From an uncultured delta proteobacterium (GTDB lineage: Bacteria; Myxococcota_A; Polyangia; Polyangiales; Polyangiaceae), in assembly GCA_963782055.1 (NCBI GenBank), contig CAWAIF010000003.1, positions 6,939,165 to 7,003,164 on the forward strand: DNA of 64,000 bases, read 5' to 3'. Numbering within the stretch: position 1 is the stretch's first letter; each line of letters opens with the position of its first letter. The notes under the pieces were generated by a model. The model was not told the DNA's origin. It searched no databases and saw only the letters and a program-made list of their open reading frames with translations. Below are positions 10,133 to 20,006 of this stretch, piece by piece. A program made the position numbers and the translations under genes.

Positions 10133-10761
10133 GTCTCGTCCCCCCGGCGGAGGGCATCCTCCGCGTCCTGACGCTTGCGAATCGAGATGAGATAGAGAAC
10201 TGCCGGCAAGGTCTTCTTCACGGCTGGGCCCGACCATCTTAGAGCAACGAAGACCACTCCGAATGGAAGCGCTGGCACGCCGAGAGCAACCGCCACGCCC
10301 CCTGCTGCGAGCACGCCAAGACCGGCCAGTGCGCCACGATCCAGCCCGGCATCAATTACCTCGCCGCTCAACGCTGCCTCCGCTGCACGTTGAGCGTCGG
10401 CTTTCTCATCGTGGGAGACACTCGCACGATCGGGACGGCTTGCGAACGCCATGGCGTGAAGAACATATTCCTCCAACCACTGTTCTTGTGCGGCCTCCCC
10501 GGGAGCCCGGCGCGAGAAGCCCGCAGCGTCAGCCGCAGCACGCACGACGTCGTCAAGGATCGAGCGGTAAGACAGCTCGTGGTCCCCGCGAAAGATGTTC
10601 GCGAACGAGTTGCCGCCGGCGCTTCGCAACTCCTTGCTCACCGCAACGACGTCGACGTCGCGCTCCCCCGAGAGCGTCACCTCGAGGGCGCGCGCGATCC
10701 CGCGGAGTTCGGCCTCTGTCGCGACACGGAGACGTGTGAGAATTGTGTCGCTTGTCGGCAT
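10129..10761 (-). CDS. YaaW/UPF0174-like membrane protein
   Basis: ELRSAGGNSFANIFRG...SYRSILDDV and C-terminal SGPAVKKTLPAVLYLISIR resemble YaaW family motifs; Gly-rich hydrophobic hairpin. Confidence 0.7.
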   Translation of the reverse strand: MPTSDTILTRLRVATEAELRGIARALEVTLSGERDVDVVAVSKELRSAGGNSFANIFRGDHELSYRSILDDVVRAAADAAGFSRRAPGEAAQEQWLEEYVLHAMAFASRPDRASVSHDEKADAQRAAEAALSGEVIDAGLDRGALAGLGVLAAGGVAVALGVPALPFGVVFVALRWSGPAVKKTLPAVLYLISIRKRQDAEDALRRGDET

Positions 10762-10795
10762 CGTGCTGATCGTACACCGTCGGGGCCGTCGTAGA

Positions 10796-10882
10796 TCTGG
10801 CGTCGCGAACGACAGCCTTTACGCTCCAGGAAACGAATCGCCCTCAAACCTGGGGCGATCGGTGCCTAAGAGGTCGGGCATG
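10796..10882 (+). mobile_element. Orphan IS4 end remnant (inverted, diverged copy of 7666-7751)
   Basis: CGCTCCAGGAAACGAATCGCCCTCAAACCTGGGGCGATCGGTGCCTAAGAGGTCGGGCATG is the near-exact reverse complement of the IS end, including the last transposase codons. Confidence 0.85.
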
Positions 10883-10892
10883 ATGCCGGGCC

Positions 10893-12755
10893 TCAGGCCT
10901 CAGCATCGGATTCGACTTCGTCGTCGTCCTCCGCGTCGCTCGCATCATCGGGGACGGAGTCGCCGACCTGCGCCACCGCCTTGCCCATCGCCTTCGCGAC
11001 GATCTCGAGGAGCGCGGCCTTGCGCGCCTGATAGAACGCCTCGAACTGGTCCGCGCGCAGCGACGCCGGGTCGATGAGGTGGGTTCGGAGGATGTCGTCC
11101 ATCGCCGGATCCGGAAGCTTCACCTGCGCGTGGGTCTGGATCTGCTGGAGGTACCCCGACGGCGCCTTCCCCCCGATCATCCGGTTCGCCTTGTAGGAGA
11201 TCGCAGTCTTGTTGACGATCGCGTTGAACACCTTGGCAGGGATGCGCTGGGCCTGACACCACTTCTTCGGAAAGATGTGGTGGATGTCGATCTTCCACTC
11301 GTCGCGGTCCAGGTCGACCATTCTCGCCTTCCAGAAGAAGTCCTTGGCCCCGTCTCGCTGGAGGAGCACGTACAGCCCGCGGTAGGCCGCGCTCGTTCGA
11401 GAGCGGAGCGTGTCGAGGCGGTTCGGCTGGAAGCCGGCACCTTGCACCGTCACCGGCTCCGCTCCGCTCGGATCGTCGATCCATCCGAGGAGGCCCTGGA
11501 GGTCGAGGGCGATCCGGGTCTCGATGGCGCCGCCATATAGCTCGCCGAGAACGCCGCACCAGAACCAGCGAGACAGCTTGTCTTTGATCCTGGGCTCAAG
11601 CCATCGCTCCCCGAGCTGCGAGAGCACGGTAGCTAGCGGCACGACCTGGCTCCGGTAGGGGAGGAACTTCGGGTGATGGAACCCCTCGCTCCGAAGGAAC
11701 TTGTCGGCTTCGAGGAACCCGGTGGTGAGCCGGTCGGCCCATTCTTGGTATGCCGCCAGCGGCATCTCCAGGATGTGCTCGCGCTTCGCCGTGACGGCGG
11801 CGAGATCCTTGCCCGAGCGGCCGGCTCGTCGGTCTTCCTCGCGGCGCGCGTAAGAGTGCAGCAACGAGACGCCCTGCAAGAAGTCGGTCGGCTGGAGGTT
11901 CTTGAGAAGCGGTCGCTTTGCGAGACGCCCGTGCCGCCCGGGCCGATCGGGTGCGGCTCCGAACCAGTCCTCACGCAGGTTGAAGCCATCGGCGGCCCAC
12001 GTCGCCGTCACCAGCTCGAAGACCGAGAGGGACACGCCGCCGGTGTTCACCTTCTCGAAGACCAGGCACACCGCCTCCTTTGAGGTGTGCTTCTTGAGGG
12101 CGATCACCGGCAGCATGTAGTTGCGGAACGAGTCCAGGACGCGCTTCCGGAACTCGAGGAAGCGAGCGAACTTGCCCTGATCGTGGGTCATGAGCGCGTA
12201 CTCCCACGCGCTCGAGTCGAGGATCTGGTCGCAAGGGAAGTGGAATGCTGCGACCTCGAGCTCTGTCGTCGACAGGTCGAGGTCCACGCGACGGCCGAAG
12301 TCGCTCCGGATCTTCCGCTCCTCGTCGACGACAACAATCGCGTCCTCGAGGGCTTCTGGTCCACGCAAGGCGGCCTCGATGTTGAAGTAGTAGTGCACCC
12401 GAAGCTCGCGCTTCTTCGCGTCGCGCGTCGCGACCGGCTTCTTCGAGCGCAGCACCTGTGTCAGTGAGGTGAGTCGCTGCTGGCCGTCCAGGATCAGCTG
12501 CTCCGCGAGCCGGGCACTCTCGCCGGGGAGATCCACTCCCTCCACCGGCCGGACCTGGAACTTCGCGTCACCACCCGTCTCGAGAAGCATCACCGCCCCG
12601 ATGGGGAAGGAGCGACCGATGCTCACGAGGAGCGAGCGAATGTGGTCATCGTCCCACACCCAGCCGCGCTGGAAGTCGGGGAGCTGGAGGCGGCCCTCGG
12701 CGACGTCGTCGAGCAGTTTGCCGAGCTGCGTCTTCGTGGAGTCGAAGGTGGACAT
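10893..12755 (-). CDS. DUF262 + DUF1524-like GmrSD-type restriction endonuclease domain protein
   Basis: LPDFQRGWVW, LDGQQRLTSL, FEKVNTGG, DIHHIFP...NAIVN motifs. Confidence 0.92.
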   Translation of the reverse strand: MSTFDSTKTQLGKLLDDVAEGRLQLPDFQRGWVWDDDHIRSLLVSIGRSFPIGAVMLLETGGDAKFQVRPVEGVDLPGESARLAEQLILDGQQRLTSLTQVLRSKKPVATRDAKKRELRVHYYFNIEAALRGPEALEDAIVVVDEERKIRSDFGRRVDLDLSTTELEVAAFHFPCDQILDSSAWEYALMTHDQGKFARFLEFRKRVLDSFRNYMLPVIALKKHTSKEAVCLVFEKVNTGGVSLSVFELVTATWAADGFNLREDWFGAAPDRPGRHGRLAKRPLLKNLQPTDFLQGVSLLHSYARREEDRRAGRSGKDLAAVTAKREHILEMPLAAYQEWADRLTTGFLEADKFLRSEGFHHPKFLPYRSQVVPLATVLSQLGERWLEPRIKDKLSRWFWCGVLGELYGGAIETRIALDLQGLLGWIDDPSGAEPVTVQGAGFQPNRLDTLRSRTSAAYRGLYVLLQRDGAKDFFWKARMVDLDRDEWKIDIHHIFPKKWCQAQRIPAKVFNAIVNKTAISYKANRMIGGKAPSGYLQQIQTHAQVKLPDPAMDDILRTHLIDPASLRADQFEAFYQARKAALLEIVAKAMGKAVAQVGDSVPDDASDAEDDDEVESDAEA

Positions 12756-13026
12756 GGCCTGCGCAGCCCAGGTTGCGACACGAGGCGCGACAATCGCGAC
12801 CTTCGGCTACCCCTGCGAGTAGATGGGCGTCGAGCATCAGACCATCGCAGTCTGCAGCGCGTGTCTATGCTCCCTAGGGAGTACTTGGCCGTGGGACGCT
12901 GCCATCGGAGGCGGGTGTCTCCTTCTGCATCCGTGAAGTTGCACACCGCGTGGCGGGCCACGGTCCACGGAGCGGAATGACCACCCGAATCGACCCATCT
13001 TGCCCCACTTGAGCTAACATGTCCCA

Positions 13027-14237
13027 GTGCCCGGAACCGGAAACACCACCGTCCCCTCCGCCCGGGACCCCGCGCCCCCCCGGCCCCGCCGCGCCCGGCC
13101 CCCCCTCCCCGCCCTGGTGATCGCCTGGTCCGCCGCCGAGCCCCAGCGCGTCGGGGAGATCGCCTTCATGGACGGCACCGGCCCCTGGTGGGCCGGCCGC
13201 ACCTGCGACGATCTCGATCAGATCGGCTTCGCCCGCCAGCGCCCGCGCGCCCTCACCCACACGGGGGGCCTCTCCGGCGCGAGCCTCTCCCGCCGCCAGC
13301 TCCGCTTCGACCGCGCCAATCGCGGCTTCGTCGTCCAGAACGAGGGCAAGGCGCGACTGCGCGTCAACGGCATCGACTGCGGCGGGGGCGCCATCGAGCC
13401 GGGGGACGTGCTCGAGCTCTGCGGCCACTACCTCCTTGTCTTCACGGAGCGCCCCGCGTCCGTGGCCGAGCCCGCCCCGTGGCCCGCGTTCGCCTTCGGG
13501 GAGGCGGACGCGCACGGCATCGTCGGGGAGTCCCCCGCCGCGTGGAAGCTGCGCGCGGAGATCGCCTTCGCCGCGCGCTCCACCCCGCACGTGCTGGTGC
13601 GCGGCCCGAGCGGCACCGGCAAGGAGCTGTGCGCCGCCGCCATCCACGCCCTCTCCCCGCGCGCCCGCGGGCCGCTCGTCACCCGCAGCGCGGCCACCTT
13701 CCCGCCCGGCCTGCTCGACGCGGAGCTCTTCGGCAACATGAGGAACTACCCCAACCCCGGCATGCCGGAGCGCCCGGGCCTGGTGGGGAGGCGCGGCTGG
13801 ATCTGCAGGTGGAGCTCCCGCCCCTGGAGGCGCGCCGGGAGGACATCCCCCTGCTCGTCCGCCACCTGGTGCTCCAGGCGGCGAGCGCCAGCCCGGACGC
13901 GGCGCGGTTCGTCCGGGGGGAGCGGCGCGACGAGGTGGACGTGGATCCGGCGCTGATGACCGCGCTCCTGCGCGCGCCCTACCCGACCAACGTCCGGCAG
14001 CTCCGGGCGGCGGTGTGGGAGGCGATCCGCGCGTCGGGGGACGGGCCCCTGTCGCTGCCCCCGCACGATCACCGGCCCCCCGCGGGCGACGGCGAGGACG
14101 AAGGGGCGCGCGCGAAGGCGGGGATCCTCGCGGCGCTGGAGCGTCAGCGGTGGAACGTGACCCGCACGGCGGAGGCGATGGGCATCACCCGCTACGCGCT
14201 CATCCGGCGGATGAAGAAGTACGGCGTGACGGCGTGA
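13027..14237 (+). pseudogene. FHA + sigma-54 activator + Fis-HTH regulator, internally deleted and frameshifted
   Basis: FHA-like LSRRQL, IVGES, Walker A GPSGTGKEL and AELFG; near 13785 it jumps out of frame to LPPLEARREDIPLL and the HTH, lacking the Walker B (LFLDE) region. Confidence 0.8.
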
Positions 14238-14281
14238 TCGCGGGCCCCCCGGCGCGGCTCTCTCCCTCCGCGCGGCCGCCC

Positions 14282-14470
14282 GTGGACCTCGTGCGCCGCG
14301 ACGTGGACCTCGTGCGCCCGCGCGTCGACCTCGTACGCGCCGACGTGGACCCCGTGCGCCGCGACGTGGACCTCGTGCGCCCGCGCGTCGACCTCGTGCG
14401 CTCCACCGGAGACCTCGTGTGCTCCAGCGGAGACCTTGTGTGCTCCACCGGAGACCATGTTAACCGCATG
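14282..14470 (+). repeat. Nine tandem 21-bp repeats with core GACCTCGTGCGC
   Basis: Units such as GTGGACCTCGTGCGCCGCGAC, GTGGACCTCGTGCGCCCGCGC and GGAGACCTCGTGTGCTCCAGC, head to tail with no spacers. Confidence 0.9.
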
Positions 14471-14549
14471 AAATGACTCGAGGTCGGAGCTAGCGAGGTC
14501 CAGGGCGGGTGCTGGACCGGTCCGGGGACGGTCCTCGATCGCCCTGGTT

Positions 14550-14635
14550 TTCCCGCACTTCGAGGTTCGGGGCGGAGCGCACGAGGTCTCCCGATGGGCG
14601 CACAAGGTCTCCGGCCGGGCACACGAGGTCGAGGC
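14550..14635 (-). repeat. Three to four inverted copies of the same 21-bp unit
   Basis: Reverse complement reads CTCGACCTCGTGTGCCCGGCC / GGAGACCTTGTGCGCCCATCG / GGAGACCTCGTGCGCTCCGCC. Confidence 0.8.
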
Positions 14636-14724
14636 CGCACACTTCGTGCGCCCACCCCGTGCGGTCGCACGGTCGCCGCACGCTCTCCGGTGCGTGATCT
14701 CGCGGGCTTGCGGGGCATCTGCGC

Positions 14725-14739
14725 TGGCGCGCCGGTTGC
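14725..14739 (+). promoter_or_regulatory. Sigma-54 -24/-12 promoter
   Basis: TGGCGC-GCCGG-TTGC matches TGGCAC-N5-TTGC; 57 nt upstream of ORF 14797. Confidence 0.7.
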
Positions 14740-14796
14740 GATGGGGCCCTGCACACCGCGACGCCGCGAGCGCCGCACATCAATGAGGACACTCCG

Positions 14797-15729
14797 ATGA
14801 AGACAATCCCTACCAGCAACACCAGCAACAACACCACCAGCAACACCACCCCCCTCCACCGCGTCACCGCCGAGCAGTCGCTCACGCGTGCGATGCAGTT
14901 CCTCCGTACGGTCGGCACCGATCCGGTCGTGCGCGCGGCGCTTCAGCGCACCGGCTTCGGCGTCGACGATCTGAAGCAGGGCTGGTCCCTCGTGCTCAAG
15001 GCCTGCGCCGCGGCGGCCCCGAGCACGCAGTTCACCACGCTGTCCGGGCCCGTGCCGGAGGCCACGCTCAAGATCGGCGACTGGCAGTCGACCATGTTCC
15101 TGCGCGCGCACGCCGCGCTCAGGCGGCTGCACCCCGAGCAGGACGCCTTCCTCTTCGACAACCTGACCTCCGGCACGGGCATCGGCGCGGTCGTCACGGT
15201 GTCCATCTTCCTCGACCGGCTCGACGCGATGGAGAGCGGGCCGGACCGCAAGGCCACGCGCAAGGCGGACCAGGCCGCGCTGGCGACGCTGGAGGGTCGC
15301 GGCCTGACGAAGGAGGCGCGCAAGCAGGCCAGGGACCTGGTCACCCTGGTGGAGACGACGCCGGCTCCCGCCCCCGTGGAGGAGCAGGCTGCGCCGGAGA
15401 CGGACCAGCGGATGCTGGCGCTGACGGAGCTGCACGCCTGGGTGCAGGACTGGTCGGACTGCGCGCGCGCGGTGATCACGCGGCGGGATCAGCTCCTGCG
15501 CCTCGGCATCGGCAAGCGCAAGGCGCGCGGGTCGTCGGCCGCGGCGAAGGCGCGGCCCGCGGCGCCCGCGCCGGTGGTCGCGCCCGCGCCGGAGGTGAAG
15601 CCCGCGGCTCCGGCGGGGCCGTCCCTCATCGAGATGGGCGGTCCGATCGCGGCGCTTCCCCCCGCGCAGCTCAACGGGAAGAGCAACGGGGTGGTCGCGC
15701 TCCCGGTGAACGGAGGTGCGCACGCGTGA
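14797..15729 (+). CDS. Hypothetical helical protein with Pro/Ala-rich tail
   Basis: 310 aa, strong GC3 bias, GAGGA SD, followed by a terminator. Confidence 0.85.
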   Translation: MKTIPTSNTSNNTTSNTTPLHRVTAEQSLTRAMQFLRTVGTDPVVRAALQRTGFGVDDLKQGWSLVLKACAAAAPSTQFTTLSGPVPEATLKIGDWQSTMFLRAHAALRRLHPEQDAFLFDNLTSGTGIGAVVTVSIFLDRLDAMESGPDRKATRKADQAALATLEGRGLTKEARKQARDLVTLVETTPAPAPVEEQAAPETDQRMLALTELHAWVQDWSDCARAVITRRDQLLRLGIGKRKARGSSAAAKARPAAPAPVVAPAPEVKPAAPAGPSLIEMGGPIAALPPAQLNGKSNGVVALPVNGGAHA

Positions 15730-15752
15730 CGAGGCGGCGCGAGATGTTGCGC

Positions 15753-15801
15753 GGGAACGCGCGGTCCTCTCTGGAAGAGGGGGCCGCGCGTTTTCCGTTT
15801 T
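15753..15801 (+). terminator. Intrinsic terminator-like hairpin, copy 1
   Basis: GGGAACGCGCGGTCCTC...GAGGGGCCGCGCGTTTTCC followed by GTTTT. Confidence 0.7.
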
Positions 15802-16050
15802 GTGCTCTCTCGGCATCGACCCGCGCTCCCCGTCAACGACGCGATCCAGATCCTGGGTGCCCAACCAGGTGCAGACGCCCGGATGGTCGTCACGCCAACC
15901 TACGACTGGAGACAACACGGCTTCGAGACGTGCCGCTGCGTCTCCGGCGACGCCCACCGGATGATGCCGACGTGATCCACGCGACGGCGAGGACCGCGAC
16001 CGCGCCTACCGTAGCGCAGGAGCAGCGGCCGGTGGACGGGCGCGCGCATC

Positions 16051-16536
16051 ATGGTGCGAGACGCGCTTCGTGTTACCGTCGTGTTGCGGCCGTACGCCGA
16101 TGCGCATGAGGTTGCCCATGAGCGAAGACGACAAAGAAAGCCCGGAGGACGTCGCTGCCTCGCTTGGCCTCGACATCGGCACCGTCAAAGGGAGGTTCGC
16201 GCGGCGGATCTTTCCCCGGTGTCCATCCTGAGCGCGGTCACCGCCGGCGAAGGCTTTGGCAGGCCCCGCCTGTCGGGGCTCGTGTATCTGGGCCTCTCGG
16301 TCGCTTGTCTCTTGGTGGGCGCAGGATTGGCGACCCGCGGGGTGCTGGCGTACGTGCTCCTCCCTCTCGGTCCGGTGTACGCGCTCTCGGGCTTGTGGCT
16401 TGCCGCCGTGGGGGCGCCGGAAGCCGTGCCGCGCCCCCAGAAGCCGGCCTTGTGGACGCGCGTCGGGCTCGGGGTCTGCCTCGGGGTCGGCCTGGCCGCT
16501 GGCCTCCTCGCCGACGTGACCTTCTACTTCGGGTGA
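16051..16536 (+). CDS. Small membrane protein, start uncertain, possibly a remnant
   Basis: Three hydrophobic segments; overlaps an out-of-frame ECF sigma region-4-like fragment (SPEDVAASLGLDIGTVKGRF, about 16118-16230). Confidence 0.4.
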   Translation: MVRDALRVTVVLRPYADAHEVAHERRRQRKPGGRRCLAWPRHRHRQREVRAADLSPVSILSAVTAGEGFGRPRLSGLVYLGLSVACLLVGAGLATRGVLAYVLLPLGPVYALSGLWLAAVGAPEAVPRPQKPALWTRVGLGVCLGVGLAAGLLADVTFYFG

Positions 16537-16543
16537 CACCACA

Positions 16544-16592
16544 CGGGAACGCGCGGTCCTGTCCGGACGAGGGGCCGCGCGTTTTCCGTTTT
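16544..16592 (+). terminator. Intrinsic terminator-like hairpin, copy 2
   Basis: Near-identical to 15753-15801, differing mainly in the loop region. Confidence 0.7.
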
Positions 16593-16935
16593 GTCACCCG
16601 GCCATTCCTCGCCTGCGTCGCCGGGCCGAGCCGATATCCCATAGCGGAGACTGGTTCGATCTCCACCCCAGTTGGAGCAGCTTCGACCGCAGAGGCGCGC
16701 GGCGGCGCTCGCGTCGTGAGCGGCGGCCACTCTGGCTACTGCGCCGGCTGGGGCGCGCCGAGGACGATGGGGTTGCCGCCTACGGCATTCGGGATCTCCA
16801 ACCCCCCCTGTGTCAGAGGAGTTGTCCGGCGCGCTCCCCCGAGGCGGGTCACCGTCCTGCGCCGCGAGACTGAAACGGTTGTGCACGACACGAGCTTCGC
16901 AACGCGCTAGTCTGGCCAGTCGAGGGAGGTTCGCC

Positions 16936-19865
16936 GTGAAGCACATCTGGGTAGGGCTCGTCGTTCTCCTCGGCTGCCTGCTGTCCGGCGACGCGTCGCG
17001 CGTCGTCGCATCGCGGGCGCCTGGCGCTCCGGCGGTTCCGGAGACGGCGGCCGCCTCTCCCGGCGCGACGCCCGCGACCGGCCCCGCGGCCGACAGGGCG
17101 AAGGTCACCGCGCGGATGTCCCGGCTCCCGATGCGCTTCGAGGCGAACGCCGGCCAGTGGGACCGGCGCGTGCGGTTCGTGGGCCGCGGCAACGGCACGA
17201 CGCTCTTCGTCACCGACGACGGGATGACCTTCGCCCTGCGCGAGGTGAAGATGCCACCGCGCGAGCCGGGGGAGAGCCGCGAGGCCGAACAGAAGGCGCG
17301 GGAGAAGGCGCTCGCCCGGGCGAAGACGGCGGCGGTGACGATGAGGCTCGTCGGCGTGCGCCCGAGCGCGCCGCGGGGCGAGGACGAGCTCGTCACCCGG
17401 AGCAACTTCTTCCTGGGCAACGATCCGAAGAAGTGGCGGACGAACGTGCCGAACTACGGCCGGGTGCGCGCGAAGGCGTGGCTGCCCGGCGTCGACATGG
17501 TGTGGCACGGCGGCCCGGACGGACTCGAGTACGACCTCGCGGTCTCTGCAGGGACGGACGCTTCGAGGATCGCGTTCGACGTGGAGGGCGCGGACGCGCT
17601 CCGGGTGAGGGACGACGGCACGCTGGAGATCCGGACGGCGGCGGGCCCGCTGCTCGAGAAGGCGCCGCGGGTGACGCAGGCGGGCAAGGAGCTCCGCACG
17701 CGCTACCAGCTGGAGGGCGCGCGCCGCGTGGGTTTCGCGATCGAGGGGTACGACCGGGCGACTCCCGTGCTCATCGACCCGTCGCTGCTGTACTCGACCT
17801 ACCTCGGTGGAAGCATGACTGAGTACTCGTCGGCCGGCAGTGTCGCAATCGACGCGGGCGGCAGCGCCTACGTGACCGGCCAAACGCAGTCGACCGACTT
17901 CCCCATGGCGAGCCCCTACCAGGGTTTCGTACGCCGGCGGAAACTACGACGCGTTCGTCACCAAGCTCAGCGCCTCCGGCAGCAGCCTTGTCTATTCGAC
18001 CTACCTCGGCGGGTCGAACATCGACGTCGGCTACGGCATCGCGGTCGACGGGAGCGGCAGCGCGTACGTGACCGGCGACACGTACTCGACCAACTTCCCG
18101 ACGGCAAGCGCAACCCAAGGATCCAACGCTGGAAGCGTGGACGCGTTCGTCACCAAGCTCAGCGCCTCCGGCAGCAGCCTCGTCTACTCGACCTACCTCG
18201 GCGGGTCGAGCGCCGAACACGGCAACGCCATCGCGGTCGACGGGAGCGGCAACGCGTACGCGGCCGGCGAAACGCAGTCGACCAATTTCCCCACGGCGAG
18301 CGCAACTCAGGGCTCCAAGGGCGGGGGCGTGGACGCTTTCGTCACCAGGCTCAGCACCTCGGGGAGCGGGGAGCAGCCTCGACTACTCGACCTACCTCGG
18401 CGGGGCGAACGATGATAGCGGCAGTGGCATCGCCGTCGACGTGAACGGCAGCGCGTACGTGGTGGGCTACACGCTTTCGACGGACTTCCCGGCGGCGAAT
18501 GCCTACCAGGGCTCCAACGCTGGAGGCGCGGACGCTTTCGTCACCAAACTCAGCCCCTCTGGCAGCACCCTCGTCTACTCCACCTACCTCGGTGGGTCGA
18601 ACTGGGAGCTCGGCTACGGCGTCGCGGTCGACGCGAGCGGCAGCGCGTACGTGACCGGCCGCACGACTTCGGCCAACTTCCCGACGGCAAGCGCCTACCA
18701 GAACTCCAGCGGCGGCCTCGACGATGCGTTCGTCACGAAGCTCAGCGCCTCCGGCAGCAGCCTCGACTACTCGACCTACCTCGGTGGATCGAGCCTCGAC
18801 TACGGCTACGGCATCGCGGTCGACGCGAGCGGTAGCGCGTACATCGCGGGCCAAACGTATTCGACCGACTTTCCGACGGCGAACCCATACCACGGCTCGA
18901 ATGCCGGAAGTGCTGACGCGGTCTTCACCAAGCTCAGCCCCTCGGGCAACAGCCTCGTCTATTCGACCTACTTCGGCGGATCGGCCTACGACTACGCCGG
19001 TGGCATCGCGGTCGACGCGAGCGGGAGCGCGTACGTGACTGGCTACACGCTTTCGACCAACTTCCCAACGGCGAATGCCTACCAGGGCACGAACGCGGGA
19101 GGCGACGACTCGTTCGTCGCCAAGCTGGTCCCGAAGCTCGTTCTCTCCCCCGCGTCGACGAGCGTCGCGCCACAGGGTTCCAAGGCCTTTTCGGCATCGG
19201 GCGGCACCGGCGGCTACGTCTACTCCCTGCAGACCAACGCCTCCGGCGGAACCATCAACGCCTTGACCGGCGCCTACACCGCCGGCCCCACCGGCAACGT
19301 CACCGACGTGGTGCAGGTGACCGACTCGACCAACGAGACCAAGACGGCGAACGTGACCGTCGGTCCGGGGGTGAGCATCTCGCCCGCGTCGCCCACCGTG
19401 CCAACGGCGGGCTCGGTCGGCTTCACCGCCACCGGAGGAAGCGGCACCGGCTATGCCTGGGTGCTCGCGACGAACAACTCCGGCGGCAGCATCGACCCGT
19501 CGACGGGCGCGTACACCGCGGGCGCAACGGCCAAGGTTGCCGATACGGTGCAGGTGACCGACTCGCTCGGCAACGCGGCCACCGCGACGGTGCATGTCAC
19601 TGACGCGGCGCCCGCGGACGCCGGCACGGACGGCGCGGCGCCCGCGGACGCCGGCGCGGACGGCGCGGACGGCGCGGCCCCGGACGGCTCGACCGACCTG
19701 GACGGCGGGCCCGGCGTCGACGCGGGCAACGGGGACGTGGGCAACACCGGCGGCTGCGGCTGCGACGTGGTCGGCGACACTCGCAGCGAGGGCTGGCTCG
19801 CGTGGGCCGCGCTGGGCGCCCTGCTGCTCGTGGTCCGCCGGAGGAAGACGGCGTCGGAGCGGTGA
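16936..19865 (+). pseudogene. Secreted SBBP beta-propeller repeat protein with MYXO-CTERM-like tail; two frameshifts
   Basis: FEANAGQ N-domain, repeated DAFVTKL...LVYSTYLGG...IAVD.SGSAYVTG units, C-terminal GGCGC + TM + RRRK. Extra T near 17925 and a 7-bp GGGGAGC duplication near 18361-18374 (real or assembly error). Confidence 0.85.
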
Positions 19866-20006
19866 GACCGAGGACGCCCCAGCACGGCACCTCGCCGCCA
19901 GCGCCTCAGGTGTGTCCGGGCGGGGCCGTGCTACGTTGGAGCCGAGAGGTTCGCCCTGGCTCCTCCCGCAACACCGACGCACTTTCCGGCGATCCCCGTC
20001 CTCGAC

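Noticed and set aside
14282..14470. Possible CRISPR array
   Set aside because: 21-bp units are head to tail with no unique spacers, and there are no cas genes.
15753..16592. attC sites / integron cassette array
   Set aside because: AAC...GTT is present but without RYYYAAC/GTTRRRY boxes; a U-tract follows as in terminators, and there is no integron integrase.
16640..16690. tRNA-like GGTTCGA motif
   Set aside because: No cloverleaf or acceptor stem can be built.
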